NCBI GenBank assembly: GCA_951406725.2
Contig: OX597824.1
Span: 60,140,001 to 60,204,000, forward strand
Length of the DNA stretch: 64,000 nt
Source: Octopus vulgaris
Taxonomy: Eukaryota
Direction: 5' to 3'
Shown: positions 51,708 through 64,000 of the stretch, in pieces
How the letters are laid out: every line of letters begins with the position of its first letter
Position numbering within the stretch: the stretch's first letter is position 1
The notes under the pieces: model-generated
The model's input: only the letters and a program-made list of their open reading frames with translations
Database searches by the model: none
Told to the model about the DNA's origin: nothing
Position numbers and translations under genes: made by a program

Positions 51708-52578
51708 TGTAAATGTAGCATGTGACAATTATTCGGTAGCCAAGATAAAACTTTGAGTTTCGGATGCTGAGGTGGAAATCCACACCACCATCTCTTCAGT
51801 TATCCGGCCATCGAAAAAACGCTATGAAAATAAACTGTTATACAAAGGGAAATTACTGTGTTATTGATGCTATTTAGACAAAAGTGCTATTCGAATGACC
51901 GCTAATTAATGTAAGGGAGTAAAAAGTTCATAGTATAAGCGTAAGCGCGCCTGTTCATACGCACACATGTGTACACATACATCACTAGAAAAAGTACGCA
52001 TCTTCACTCGCATCTTTCGCCAAATGTATATGCATATACATACAAACCCACACTCACATGCGCACCGTAAAGGTACATACATGCGTCTACATACACACAA
52101 GCACAAGAAAAAATGGAGTTATGGGAAACAATACAGAAAAAAGACATAAGGAAGTATACAAAGAGTAAACCACGTACATATCCAGACACATCCTTATGCA
52201 CGTGCGTGTGTGTGTGGGTTTGTATGTATATGCATATACATTTGGCGAAAGATGCGAGTGAAGATGTGTACATTTTTCTAGTGATGTATGCGTACACACG
52301 TGGGTGTGCAGGAACATATGTGTACGTATGAACAGGTGCGCTTACGCGTATACTATGAACTTTTTCCCCCCTTACCTTAATTAGCAGTCATTCGAATAGC
52401 GCTTTTGTCTAAATAGCGTCAATAACACAGTAATATACCTTTGTATAACGGTCTTTTTTCATAGCGTTTTTCCGATGGCTGGATAACTTAAGAGATGGTG
52501 GTGTGAATTACCATCTTGGCATCCGAAACTCAGAGTTTTGTCTTGGCTACCGAATAATTGTCACATATTACATTTACA
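51708..52578. repeat. Long fold-back (~360-bp arms, ~135-bp loop) with hammerhead motifs
   Basis: ~51708-52066 mirrors ~52202-52578; TA-flanked. Confidence 0.9.
51744..51804 (-). ncRNA. Type I hammerhead ribozyme-like motif with intact core
   Basis: Minus gataa-CTGAAGA-gatg...catc-c-GAAA-ct caa ag-TT-ttatc; the mirror copy at ~52482-52542 has CTTAAGA. Confidence 0.65.
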
Positions 52579-52689
52579 GATAAATTCCTCTATTTACATA
52601 GTATTGAGGTCTCTTTCTTTCTTTTGTTATCTTACCGTTTTTACGAATATATGTATAAATAAATATATATATATATATATATAGATAAG

Positions 52690-53590
52690 AAAGTTTGTTT
52701 GGTAAAGCACGTGGGTGAATATATAAGAAAATAGTAAAGAGTGAAAAAATGACAGAAGGCTTAAATGTTAAAAAATATATATATTTGTGTCAAAATGTCT
52801 GGAGAATATTGGAAAAATTTTTTTCCTTTCCTTAAAATGACATAATTTTATAATTTTTAAAGAAATTACCGGTTTTGCGTGTAGCTTTTCAAATTTCTTG
52901 TGACGTTATGTTTATATTGCATGGAGTTATCGTTGTGTTTATTTTCAGGAGATTTCTAAATAAGGGGAGGTAGTGAGTGATTTCTTCCGGTGTAAGGGAG
53001 ATAATCGCTTAAAAATTTTTTTCCTTTCCCTTGTTAATTTCTCTGTGTCAGTATGTTCGGATGGTTGAGTCTGGGTTTGTACTTTTCAATGAAGAATGTT
53101 TCCTTGTTCAGTCTCATTTGTGTTGATGATCCGAAAGCACATTGGTAAAATGGGAAGATTAAAAATTGTGGCAGTAGTTGCTTTGCGCATTTCTCAATGT
53201 GCTCACTAAAAGGTATCATTCTATATTCTGGGAATGCAATCTGTTGTCGATGCAGTGTGCATCTACGCCTGAGTGATAGTCCCGTGGAACCCACGTAGTC
53301 TTGGTGGCAGCCCGAGCTGCGATTATCTCCCTTACACCGGAAGAAATCACTCACTACCTCCCCTTATTTAGAAATCTCCTGAAAATAAACACAACGATAA
53401 CTCCATGCAATATAAACATAACGTCACAAGAAATTTGAAAAGCTACACGCGAAACCGTTATAAAATTATGTCATTTTAAGGAAAGGAAAAAAATTTTTCC
53501 AATATTCTCCAGACATTTTGACACAAATATATATATTTTTTAACATTTAAGCCTTCTGTCGTTTTTTCACTCTTTACTATTTTCTTATAT
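52690..53590 (-). mobile_element. 5'-truncated Penelope-like element: GIY-YIG C-terminus flanked by inverted pLTR copies
   Basis: ORF 53034-53354 (YVGSTGLSLRRRCTLHRQQI...FPFYQC...ETFFIEKYKPRLN), homologous to 10004-10333; arms ~52720-53008 / 53319-53590. Confidence 0.88.
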
Positions 53591-53607
53591 ATATATATAT
53601 ATATATA

Positions 53608-54268
53608 TACTAGCATTAAAGACCCGTCGTTGCCGGGTCATAGTACTAGTGCATGTATATATGTGTATATATATGTGTACATATTACATGTACATCTATA
53701 TATATACATCTACACATAAAATGCAAAATACTAAGTTATATCTTGATATCGCTAGTGATAACAATACTCAAAATATATAACAGACTGGAATTGTTAGCTC
53801 TTCTTTTTTCTCTACATTATATACTTTATAGACAATAGTCTTTTCTTTAATTTAACTTTTTATTATCCATCTGGACTATTCCATTTCTGCATGCTAATTT
53901 TATTTTCAATTTAATTCCCATTCATGTGAAACTACTTATTCAAGTTCAAATCATTGATGCAATTTTATACCAATTGCTATTTTTACTTTTGTTATGTTAC
54001 GATTATATTATACTTTAGTTTGATTTTAATTATTACTTACTACATATAATTCAATTGTTATTATTATTTTTATTGTTAAAGTGAAAGCATCTGACATAAA
54101 ATAGAGAAATATTTGTTTCATTTTTAACACGTAATACTGAAATAGTGGAGAAGATATGATATTGCTATGGGCTCGTTCTAGGCAAGAAGTTGAACATTTT
54201 TGTGTAGTTCTTAAGTTTTAGGGAAACACACAGACAGACAGACATTCTCAGTTTTATATATATAAAGA
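53608..54268 (-). mobile_element. Non-autonomous Helitron-like element, left (shorter) copy
   Basis: Minus 5' TCTTTATATATATAAAACTG; 3' hairpin gacccggcaacgacgggtc followed by CTAGT. Confidence 0.8.
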
Positions 54269-54270
54269 TA

Positions 54271-56154
54271 TCTCTTTATATATAAAACTGAAAATGTGTG
54301 TCTGTCTGTCTGTTTCCCTAAAACTTAAGAACTACGCAACCAATTTCATTCAAATTTTACACATGCCTTACTTAGGGTCCATGTAGTTTCATGGGCAAAA
54401 AAAAATGTTCAACTTCTTGCCTATGGCGAGCCCATAGCAATATCATATCTTCTCCACTATTTCAGTATTATGTCAGCAAAAAAAATTTTAACTTTTTGCG
54501 TAGGGCGAGCCCACAGCAATATCATATCTTCTCCATTACGATTCCCTAAAACTTGAGAACTACACAACCAATTTCATTCAAATTTTACACATGCCTTACT
54601 TAGGGTCCATGTAGTTTCATGGGCAAAAAAAAATGTTCAACTTCTTGCCTATGGCGAGCCCATAGCAATATCATATCTTCTCCACTATTTCAGTATTATG
54701 TGTTAAAAGTGAAACAAAAACATTTCTCTATTTTATGTCAGATACTTTCATTTTAACAATAAAAATTAGAGATAATAATAATAATTGAATTATATGTAGT
54801 AAGTAATAATTAAAATCAAACTAAAGTATAATATAATCGTAACATAACAAAAGTAAAAATAGCAATTGGTATAAAATTGCATCAATGACTTGAACTTGAA
54901 TAAGTGGTTTCACATGAATGGGAATAAATTAAAAATAAAATTAGCGTGCAGAAATGGAATAGTCCAGATGGAGCTGTGCACATACCCTTTACCATGGCTT
55001 TTACATTAGATTATTTGCTAATTAGCTAGCATTAAGTATCTATATGAAGTTTGGCTGTATGTAATGTCTGTTTTCTCGAACAGCTGCTTCTACTGAGTAC
55101 TGCTGTTGGTTTATTTATTATGCATAAAGGACTATAGCTTTAACTGCGTACTGCTTTTTGATTCACCGTAAGATTTGTTGTTATTATTATTACTGTTTAA
55201 CTATTGTTATCACGTTTGTTAGTTCCTCGTAAGGGAAATGTTGTTGTGTTGCATTTGTTAAATAATTGTAAACTGTAACCCTTCCCCTTTGGGAGAAGGA
55301 GCTTTGGTTATTGTTTAAAAATTGAATTGTGTCCCTGTTTGGAGAAATTGACAATATTTTCACTGTTTATATGGAAGCATTTTTGTTAGAATGCCTTCAA
55401 TAGAAGAAAGTCCAAAAATGAATTTTGCTACAGCCATCGGTGGGCGCGAACTCATTAAAATTAAAATGGAAGAAATACAAACCTATTTCGGATTGATCAC
55501 CGACAAAGACGGTGAATCTAGGATAACACCACCAAACGAAATAAAAAAGAAAAGACTATTGTGTATAAAGTATACAATGTAGAGAAAAAAAAGATTTGAA
55601 CACCTGGGGAAAAGCACCATCAAAAAGTGTCTTTGTGCGACTATGAAAGATATCTAACCAGAGGCGGTAAATTCGCCACAATAGAAGCAAGGTTCGAGTC
55701 AACAGAGTGCGCAAGGGAGTACTCGACTCGAACCTTGCAAAGTGGAAATATTTTATTTTTACCTTTATATCTGGGACGTCCTATGTCCCAGATATAAAGG
55801 TAAAAATAAAATATTTCCATTTTGCAAGGTTCGAGTCTCTAGGATCACTAGGACGTCCCAGATAAAATTTTAAAATGTCCCCCCAGAAGTAGAGGTAGGC
55901 TGGATTGTAGCCACACTTCTATACAAGAGGGGGGACAAGATACAATTGATTGAAATTGCAAGAGACGAGCCTACAATTCCAGTCTGTTATATATTTTGAG
56001 TATTGTTATTACTAGCGATATCAAGATATAACTTTGTATTTTGTATTTTATGTGTAGATGTATATATAGATGTACATGTAATATGTACACATATATATAC
56101 ACATATATACATGCACTAGCACTATGACCCGGCAACGACGGGTCATAATGCTAG
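54271..56154 (+). mobile_element. Non-autonomous Helitron-like element, right (longer) copy with internal duplication
   Basis: 5' TC(TC)TTTATATATAAAACTG; 3' gacccggcaacgacgggtcataatgCTAGT; 54314-54475 duplicated at 54542-54700. Confidence 0.82.
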
Positions 56155-56169
56155 TATATATATAGAAGG

Positions 56170-57430
56170 AATGTTTTTAATCTGACCAGACTGAAATTCA
56201 AAACAAATCTTTTTACTTCACACATTAAGGAACTTTTATACGCTGACGATCGCAGTCCTGTCAGTCATTCTGAAACTGGTCTGCAATCTCTTGTATCTGC
56301 ATTTGACTCAGCTTGTGATGATTTTTCAGTTGACCATCAACTTGAAAAAAAACAGTTGTAATGCATCAACCTGCATGTGGTGCTGTTTGTAACCCAACTA
56401 AAACTTTTGTTAAGGGTAAGGTACTTGAGGTTGTTGATTCATACATCTACCTAGGAAACTCTGTACAAAACGATGGAAATCTTGATACAGAAATACATCT
56501 GCAAATTCAAAGGGCAGCAAATGCGAATGGTGGCTTGGAGTCATGTGTTTGGTGCCAGTGACATATAAATAACAATGCAAAGTTGGCTCTTTACAAATCA
56601 TGTCTTACCATCCCTGTTGTTTTTTTGTGAAACATGGATGTGTTATGAAAAACATTTTAAATTGTTAGAACAATTCCACCAAAAATGTCTTCATTGGATT
56701 TTAAACATTAAATAGAGTTCTTCTACTCCAAACACAGATGTCTTTTCATCTGCAGGCATCACCTTAATTAAAGCTATGATTTTGAGAATACCAAATGAGA
56801 TGGTGTGGCCATAATGTTCGAATGGTAGATGAACACATGCCCAAACAGCTGTTTTATGGTGAGCTTGCAGAAGAGAAATGCAATTGGATTAAACTTTAAA
56901 AAAGGTTTAAGGACAACATAAGGACTACTATGAAGTCACTTGGAATGGATCCAGAGGACATAGAGACCCTTGCTTCGGATCAAGCTGGATGGCGAACAAA
57001 AGTGTGGAGTGGAATGAAAGCGTTTGAAGTGGCCAGGATAACGCATGCAAGACTCAAAAGATTTAAGGAAGAATGTTACGATCAAGAAGGTGAATCACAA
57101 TGACTTTTTTGTGTGCACAATTTGTGACAGACTATGCCTTTCTGTTACTTGACTCAAATCTCATTTGTGAACCCATGGATAACGAACCTCCACCAACTAT
57201 TCCGTCTACATGCAATGTAAGCCAGAAAGTTTGCAAATTTAATGGAAGCCTCAAAAGACATTTTAAGATCCACATAGATCAGAACTCATCTGCAGCTCTT
57301 AGTGGTCCAAATCAGATATGCAATTTGTGCCGGTGTCTTTTCAGAACATGTCTGGTTTAAAAAGTCACATCAGATGCCATGATGGTTCTAAGGTACAGGA
57401 GGTGGTCAAACTCTGCAGAAGGAGCAGACA
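56170..57430 (+). mobile_element. Decayed LINE 3' half (RTE/BovB-like RT with C-terminal C2H2-like remnants)
   Basis: ELLYADD, YIYLGNSV, LEQFHQKCL, RW.GH..RM, PKQLFYGEL, C..C...LKRHFKIH. Confidence 0.8.
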
Positions 57431-58405
57431 GGACAATATTATATCTTAAAGGAAAAATTTTATTATCACTTGTGACTGAGGGTGCTGAAGCACCTATGTT
57501 GCAAGAAATAAGAGTTAAAAACTCTTAATGCTGTAAGAAGCACACAATATATATACACTGACAGGGGAGATAACTGCCCCATGAGCGTCTCTAGGATCAC
57601 TAGACTAAATTAGTTTTGTCTGTTAGTCTGAGCATTAAACATGACAAGTTATCTACCTTACATTGCACCAGTTGGCAAATCTTATGGACTTAAGGACAAA
57701 CAGGGAATCTCTGCCCTACGCTGGTTCCAGTTTGCAATTACTTTTTACTGCTCTAATCAGTGAACAGAGAACCCCACACCTGCAGCAGGTAGCATTTGAA
57801 ATGGGGGCAGGAAATATAGATCTCATGTTTTGAGTTTAAGAGAGATTTTGGATCCAGCAAGTCTTTAAGGATCCTTGCCTGCTCTGCTATGCAAAGCTTA
57901 CATCATTTGCTCTCATTTATATAGGACCCCAGCTGCTCTATGATCCTCCATTTAATTTTGTGTGGAGTTCCTTCATTCTTAAGGTGCCACACATGGTTGG
58001 TCAAGGACATGATGTAATGTCTTTCTGGAACCCTAAAAGAGGACCTGCGGTTGTACAGACGCCACTTAAAGGTAGTTCCGTACCTCTGTGCTTGAGTGCT
58101 GGTTGTGTTCTTGCCTGTGGTGTATCTTCCATTGGTTCTTCCCTGTTTGGCCTTAGGTTCCTAAAATTTGCCCACTTACTGATCTAAGGAAAATAACTTG
58201 TCCTGTTTAATGCTCAGTGTATATTATTCTTTTGTTTACAAATTAACTGACTGTAACAGTTTTCTGCCACCAGTTTGAAGAGAGGTTGTATGCCTGTGGC
58301 CATTGGAGTCTGGCAAATTGTCTATAAAGCTAAGCACTCTATAGATCCAAAACCATTGGTCACTCTGTGACCAGACATATATATATATAACTTGTTGTAA
58401 ATACA

Positions 58406-58444
<39 letters not shown>

Positions 58445-58446
<2 letters not shown>

Positions 58447-58725
58447 TAGAAGAAATAAGGTACTCAGAAATCTAGATGGTTATATATTTACAGATATCAA
58501 TATGTCACATGTTTTTATATATCATATATTAGCGCTTGCGTCCACTCTAGTGGAGTCTTCAAATTGAATCTGAAAACTCCACTAGAGTGGACGCAAGCGC
58601 TAATATATGATTTATAAAAACATGTGACATATTAATAAATATCTGTAAATATATAACCATCTAGATTTCTGAGTACCTTATTTCTTCTAATATACAATAC
58701 CTGTACATCATCTCCAAACCTTCTA

Positions 58726-58727
<2 letters not shown>
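58445..58727. mobile_element. Fold-back solo pLTR related to the 3' end of the Penelope-like element at 6507-11441
   Basis: Arms ~58445-58561 / 58571-58692; ends tacctgtacatcatctccaaaccttctaat, identical to 11409-11438; degenerate hammerhead (CTGAAAA-ctccac taga gtgga-cGCAAgcgct). Confidence 0.85.
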
Positions 58728-58761
<34 letters not shown>

Positions 58762-58775
58762 ACACACTCATGCAT

Positions 58776-58807
<32 letters not shown>

Positions 58808-59107
58808 ACACACACACACATGTATACATGTATGTATAACCCATACCTAGCAAGCACTAGTTTTGCAAAGGTTGGTTTCATCCTCAGAGCTAGAAAACCA
58901 CTTTTCTCTAAACAATTGCTAACTCTGTGCAAAGTACATTTATGTCTCATATGTGAAAAGAAATACTCATTACCCAAGAACACATATACTTGATAAGCAA
59001 ATACCTTAACCCCCAAATCACTACAATATCTGACCTACTATTAAGCTGTGTGCTCATTCTTTCTTAAACCAATCTTTTTTCCTCTGAAGTTTATTTCTGT
59101 GTGACAG

Positions 59108-59600
59108 AGGGCTAGTGTATTGAAAGAAAAGTTAGGCATAAGAGGAATTAGATGCAGTGTGCAAGAGAGAAGACTCCATAAAGAAGTGCTAGTCTCTCAA
59201 AGTGGATGAAACTTATGGATGAAGGAGACCCAGGAAGACATGGGACGAAGTACTGAAAGATAACTTCAGGATACTAAACCTTTCAGACAAGATGACAAAT
59301 GACTGAGATACCTGGCACCTTACTGTACACAAGAAGACGCATCCTCCACAGCAGAAATGTTAAGCCCACTCATTCTGGTGAATAGGACTGGCCTGTGAGA
59401 GTCTTGTGCTAGAGCTACATGAAAAGTACTTGTGCCAGTGTCAAATTCAAAGCACTCAGCACACACTGTAAAGTGGTTGGTGTTAGGAATGACGTCCAGT
59501 CCTAGAAACTAAGCCAAATCTGACTGGAACCTGATGCAGCTTTACTGCTTGCCAGCTCAGGTCAAATTGTCCAACCCATGCCAGCATGCCAGCATGTTAA
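59108..59600 (+). mobile_element. Old RTE 3' fragment
   Basis: LKEKLGIRGIRCSVQERRL, RPRKTWDEV; diverged RTE tail. Confidence 0.75.
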
Positions 59601-61169
59601 ATAGTTGGTGAGTACAGGACTGATGGATAGGGGTTGAAAAATCTACATAAAAGTTTGCCTCTTCGGTGCATTGCCTTTTGGTAGGGCAGGGTGTAGTAAT
59701 CTACAATGTTCATATAGTATGTAGATATACTAACACACATATTTGTGCGCTATTCCTATTGACTCTATAGTTGGTGTATGTAACACCATTAATAGTTTTC
59801 AGAGAAAGTGATATTTGTTACATGGTTTGTGTCCAGTGAGAGTGAATCAACTAGATAAAGGTTATTGATTTTAATTTATTGTTTCCTTATTATTGACTTC
59901 AGATTATTGACTCCGTGTTAACTTCAGTTTAATGACTCCTGGTTATTGACACTGGATTATTGACTCTAGGTTATTGACTGTAAAATAATTTTGTAGCTCA
60001 GACATATTTTTCAGAGTGTTTACCTTAATTCTACAGTTTTGGGGATGCTTCCTCTTAATTCGGCACTTTTCAGGTGGTTTACCTTAATTCTACAGCTTTT
60101 AATGTGTATACCCTTAATTCTACAGTATTTATGATGCATGCTCTTATTTCTATAGTTTATTGAAGAAAAACAAATATCATATAAGTAAAAACGCTCAAAC
60201 ATTTCACAAATGGGTTAAAGTTAAACTCTAACCTCATTCAGTTAAACTCTAACCTCATTCAGCAGTTTCTTTGACCATTCTTGCTTTACCTCATCCCTCA
60301 TTTACAGCTGTATCTCTTCTGTCAGTTACTATGTATAAATTAATTTTCATTTTGTTTTTATTTTTCATTGGTCTAGGTAGAAGGAATGTGCCCATGGTTT
60401 ATGAAATCCCCTGTGACTGGGGGAGGGTTTGTAACCACGGCTTTTAGAGAACCTTAGATGGTGAGCTTGGTATAGTTAATGTCCTTGTCAACAACTGCAG
60501 GAAAAGTATGAATGGCGAGACTATAATATGACCAACTGGAAGAGGAGAGATAAGGGAGTTGGTAGTACTAGATTGGAAGTGTCACAAGATTAACCAGCTG
60601 CTCTGAAGAATTGTGGTCACTACAGTAGTAGTAGAAAAACAGAGAAAGAGAAAGAAAGCATGTTAGTGGATGAGAGGTTTAAGTATTTTGGCGAACAGTT
60701 TCATAGTAATTAGTTGAGTAGTCTTTGTTTGAATGCAGTCGAGGATGTCTGTGTGTACCAGAAATACAGCTTCAGATGTGAAAGTAGGGCCCCTTTGTGG
60801 TTATTGCCTGAGCTTTATAGAGGGTTACAAACTCAAATATTTTCTGGCTTCAAAGAGGAAGACTAATCTTTGTAACACAGCTTCTGTTAGGTTGAGGGTG
60901 TGCATTCACCCAAAGAGATCCCTAGTGATAGTAGGGGCTAGTATTTGTTATACTTATGATGTGCATCCACCAAGTAAGATCCTGTGATAGTGAATCCTTG
61001 CATTTGAGATAATCTTGAGGTCCCTACTTACATGTTCATGTTTATGTAGGGAAGGATATAATGTTTTTTGATATGTATAATAATTGAAGATTTGTGCTGT
61101 TAAACAAGATAGAATTAGTATGACCCCATTAGGGGATGTTTTCAAAGTCACTGATCATGGAGTCAATAC

Positions 61170-61610
61170 TGGTTGAAATATCCATCTTTAATCCTTTTGG
61201 TACCAACCCAGAAGTCACTTGAGCACATGTACTTCAGAAGGCTATTACAAATCCTGTACACAGAATACAAAATAAAGGTAGCAAGTCAACAAATATGCTG
61301 GCAGAGAGGAACCACTCCTTGCTCAGGTAAAAAGATGGAAACTTGCCCAGTATGGTCAGGTATTCCACCACAACTCTCTATCCAAAACCATTCGACAGGG
61401 CATAGTTGAAAGAGAGCAAAAGAGAAGCAGATAGAGAAAATCCTGGTTTGACAAATTCAAGGACTGGACAGGCCACAACATAGCGAACCTGCTATGCATG
61501 ACAGAGAACAGAAACCAATGGTGATGGCTGACTATGAATGTGTCTAGAGTGGTGCCCCAGTGACAGGCTGCACCAGTTAAGGCACCTTGATGATGATAAT
61601 GATGATGATA
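61170..61610 (+). mobile_element. Old LINE 3' fragment with (GAT)n tail
   Basis: RRLLQILYTE, SKTIRQGIVE, W.D..KDWTG remnants; tail gatgatgataatgatgat. Confidence 0.6.
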
Positions 61611-62149
61611 CCACCCCACTTGAGATTGGTCTGGTTCTATGACAGAAACTTCCCATTTTTAAGAGACCTAAATTAAAACGTTCTATAAGAATTTCATACT
61701 AACTTATATTCCATACACCAGCTAAATAACAACAAAGATACTTTAATTAAATTCTTCATCATTTTCAAAACTAATTGAACAAGTGGTGATGTATTTCAAG
61801 AAAAATATGGTAACGAAAGGATGAAACATTTTACAAAATATTACTCTTAGATCTCTATTTCTGTAGCAATCTCTTTACAAAACCAATTAGAAATTTACCT
61901 AAAATTAATCTCTACTCACCTTAGAGACATCAGTGATAAAGCCTCTCTGTGGTTATTTTGATCTGCTAGAAACAGCAGCTAAATGCTCATCTTACTACTT
62001 TAAAAAATGGAAGGACACACTGCATAAAATAGTCGTAAATGTCTGAAAATAAAATATATCTCCAAAGCTGAAATACCTTTGATCATTAGTGTGCTTTGCT
62101 TGATTAGAGCTGAGCTGTAGTTTAAACATCAACAATAACAAGCAATATC

Positions 62150-62456
62150 ATTAATAGCAACAACAACATTCATCATTATCATCATCATCAATAACAACAA
62201 CAACAATAACATCAACAATAACAATAACAATCAACATCATCATCATCAATAACAACAATAACAACAACACCGACATAGACCAACATCGTCATCAACAACA
62301 CTGACATCATCAACAATAATAACGATCTACTACATGAACATCAGTATCATCATCATCAATATCAACAACATCAACATCAACATCATCGCCGTCGTCATCA
62401 TCATCAGTAGCAGCAGCTGCAGCAATAACAACAACAACAGCAACAACTACAACAAT
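62150..62456. repeat. Compound (AAC)n/(ATC)n/(AGC)n trinucleotide microsatellite
   Basis: Directly visible. Confidence 0.9.
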
Positions 62457-63793
62457 GGCCTATACTAGTTCCCCACTGTGTGCTTTTTTATATATTTTAG
62501 AAAGTAAAAGTGATCACATTGAACTGCCATCTGTCAGAAGTGCTTGAAATTCTAAGATAAAGGATGTTGATGATAGATATAAAATTATTGATCAGTAGAA
62601 ATAGCTCTTTGTTGTTCACTGTTGTTGTGAGAAATACAATTGATCCATTATTGCTGTTTCTATGTGCCTCACAATACATGGACATCATTGTCTCAGGAAT
62701 AAACCTATAGTGTAGAACTTAATTCACTTACTGCTTGTCTGTCTCCCCAACCTCTCCCTTTCTCTCTGTGCATGTGTATCTTTGTCTGCATTTACATATA
62801 AATTTATATATATATATATAAATTGTATAATAGGAGCAGCTTTACATTCATTCTTGTTATAATTAAAAACATGGCTATGATCAATCTGAACTATTTCATT
62901 AAGGATTTCTCTGTATATTTCCTTATTAGTCCTTTATGTCTAGTTTGGAACAATGATGTTTTTAAATTCATTATTCTGACAAAGACAATGAGCTGGCAGA
63001 ATTGTTAGCCTGCTGGACACAAGGCATTGCAGCATTTTTTCCAGCTTTGTATTCCGAGTTCAAATTTCACCGAGGTTGACTTTGTCTTTCATTCTCTTGG
63101 GATTGATAAAATAAGTATCAGTTGAACTCTGTGGTTGATGTAATTAACTTGCCCCCTCCTCAGAAAATCCCAGGCCTTGTGTCTGTAGTAGAAAGAAATT
63201 CATTAGCCTGACATTTCTAAACTTTCACAATCACATTTTCAAATTAAATTGTTGTAACAGCATGTACTCAGTACATTTTGTGGAAAATCTCATGGGACCT
63301 TGACAATAATTTTATATCTGATACAATCCTCATCATTATCCCTTCCTGTCCACTTTCCATGCTATTCTTGGGTTGGATGGTTTGATAAGTTCCTACTCCA
63401 GTGTCACAATTTTTGCATGGTTTCTACAGCCAGATAGATGCCCTTCATAACATCAGTCACTTTATAGAGTGTACTGGGTGCTTCTTTCTTTATGGTGTCA
63501 ATACTAGTTAGATTGCTATGTAACTCACAAGACTCAAGAGCCCCCCTTAAAAGAGTAAGAGTATAGTAAGTGAGGGCAGTAATCTTATACTAGGAATTAA
63601 GAGGTTAAAGCATGATAGAAGATACAGGAACAAATTTGTTTGTGTAGAGATACATGACTCTAGGAGAAGGAACTTAAATCATAAAATGATACATCCTAGG
63701 AGATTTCATGATGTCATGATTCTTTTATTTTACATGTGATATATGTGTGTGTATAGTTTAGGTTTGAATTTTGCTATTAGCATATATATATAT

Positions 63794-64000
63794 ATTGGGT
63801 TGTCCGTAAAGTTCGCGCTGATTTTTAAAGGAAAGAAAAAGGTCAATAAATACTTGCCATTACATTTTTAATCAACCAAATATGAACCATTTGTTGCACA
63901 ATGCATCTCCATCTTCCCTTTAACTTGAAAATACCCTCTTCCCAGAATTGACGTGGTTTCATGGCAAAGAATTCATCAAGGTATCTTTTTACATCATCCA
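63794..64000 (-). mobile_element. Mariner transposon 3' end (continues beyond window)
   Basis: TIR-like ttgggttgtccgtaaagttcg after (TA)n; minus-strand FFAMKPRQFWEEGIFKLKGRWRCIV. Confidence 0.8.

Noticed and set aside
60376-61130. Possible downstream FAM161 exon or minus-strand LINE endonuclease relic
   Set aside because: Too degenerate to call; no FAM161 motifs and multiple stops
62150-62456. Possible polyQ/N/H coding exon
   Set aside because: Frames are interrupted or lack splice context; this is a simple microsatellite

Overview
Eukaryotic, AT-rich, repeat-dense DNA. The SINE/LINE repertoire and (TA)n/(CA)n density point to a coleoid cephalopod, most likely Octopus (inference). There are two host genes arranged head-to-head: (i) COQ6 on the - strand, with 10 GT-AG coding exons traced by hand from ATG 42915 down to 3977 and the last exons lying beyond the left edge; (ii) a FAM161-family (UPF0564) ciliary gene on the + strand, ORF 43949-45562. 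This appears to be the same divergent pairing as human COQ6/FAM161B. The rest is mobile DNA: a near-intact RTE LINE nested antisense inside an older RTE, Penelope-like (RT + GIY-YIG) elements, CR1 fragments, several mariner elements, a head-to-head Helitron-like dimer and many SINEs. The most striking hidden pattern is a set of about 8 short elements from several unrelated sequence families, mostly fold-backs and one tandem repeat, each carrying a type I hammerhead-ribozyme-like motif with canonical or variant cores. All coordinates and folds were read by eye, so repeat boundaries are approximate.
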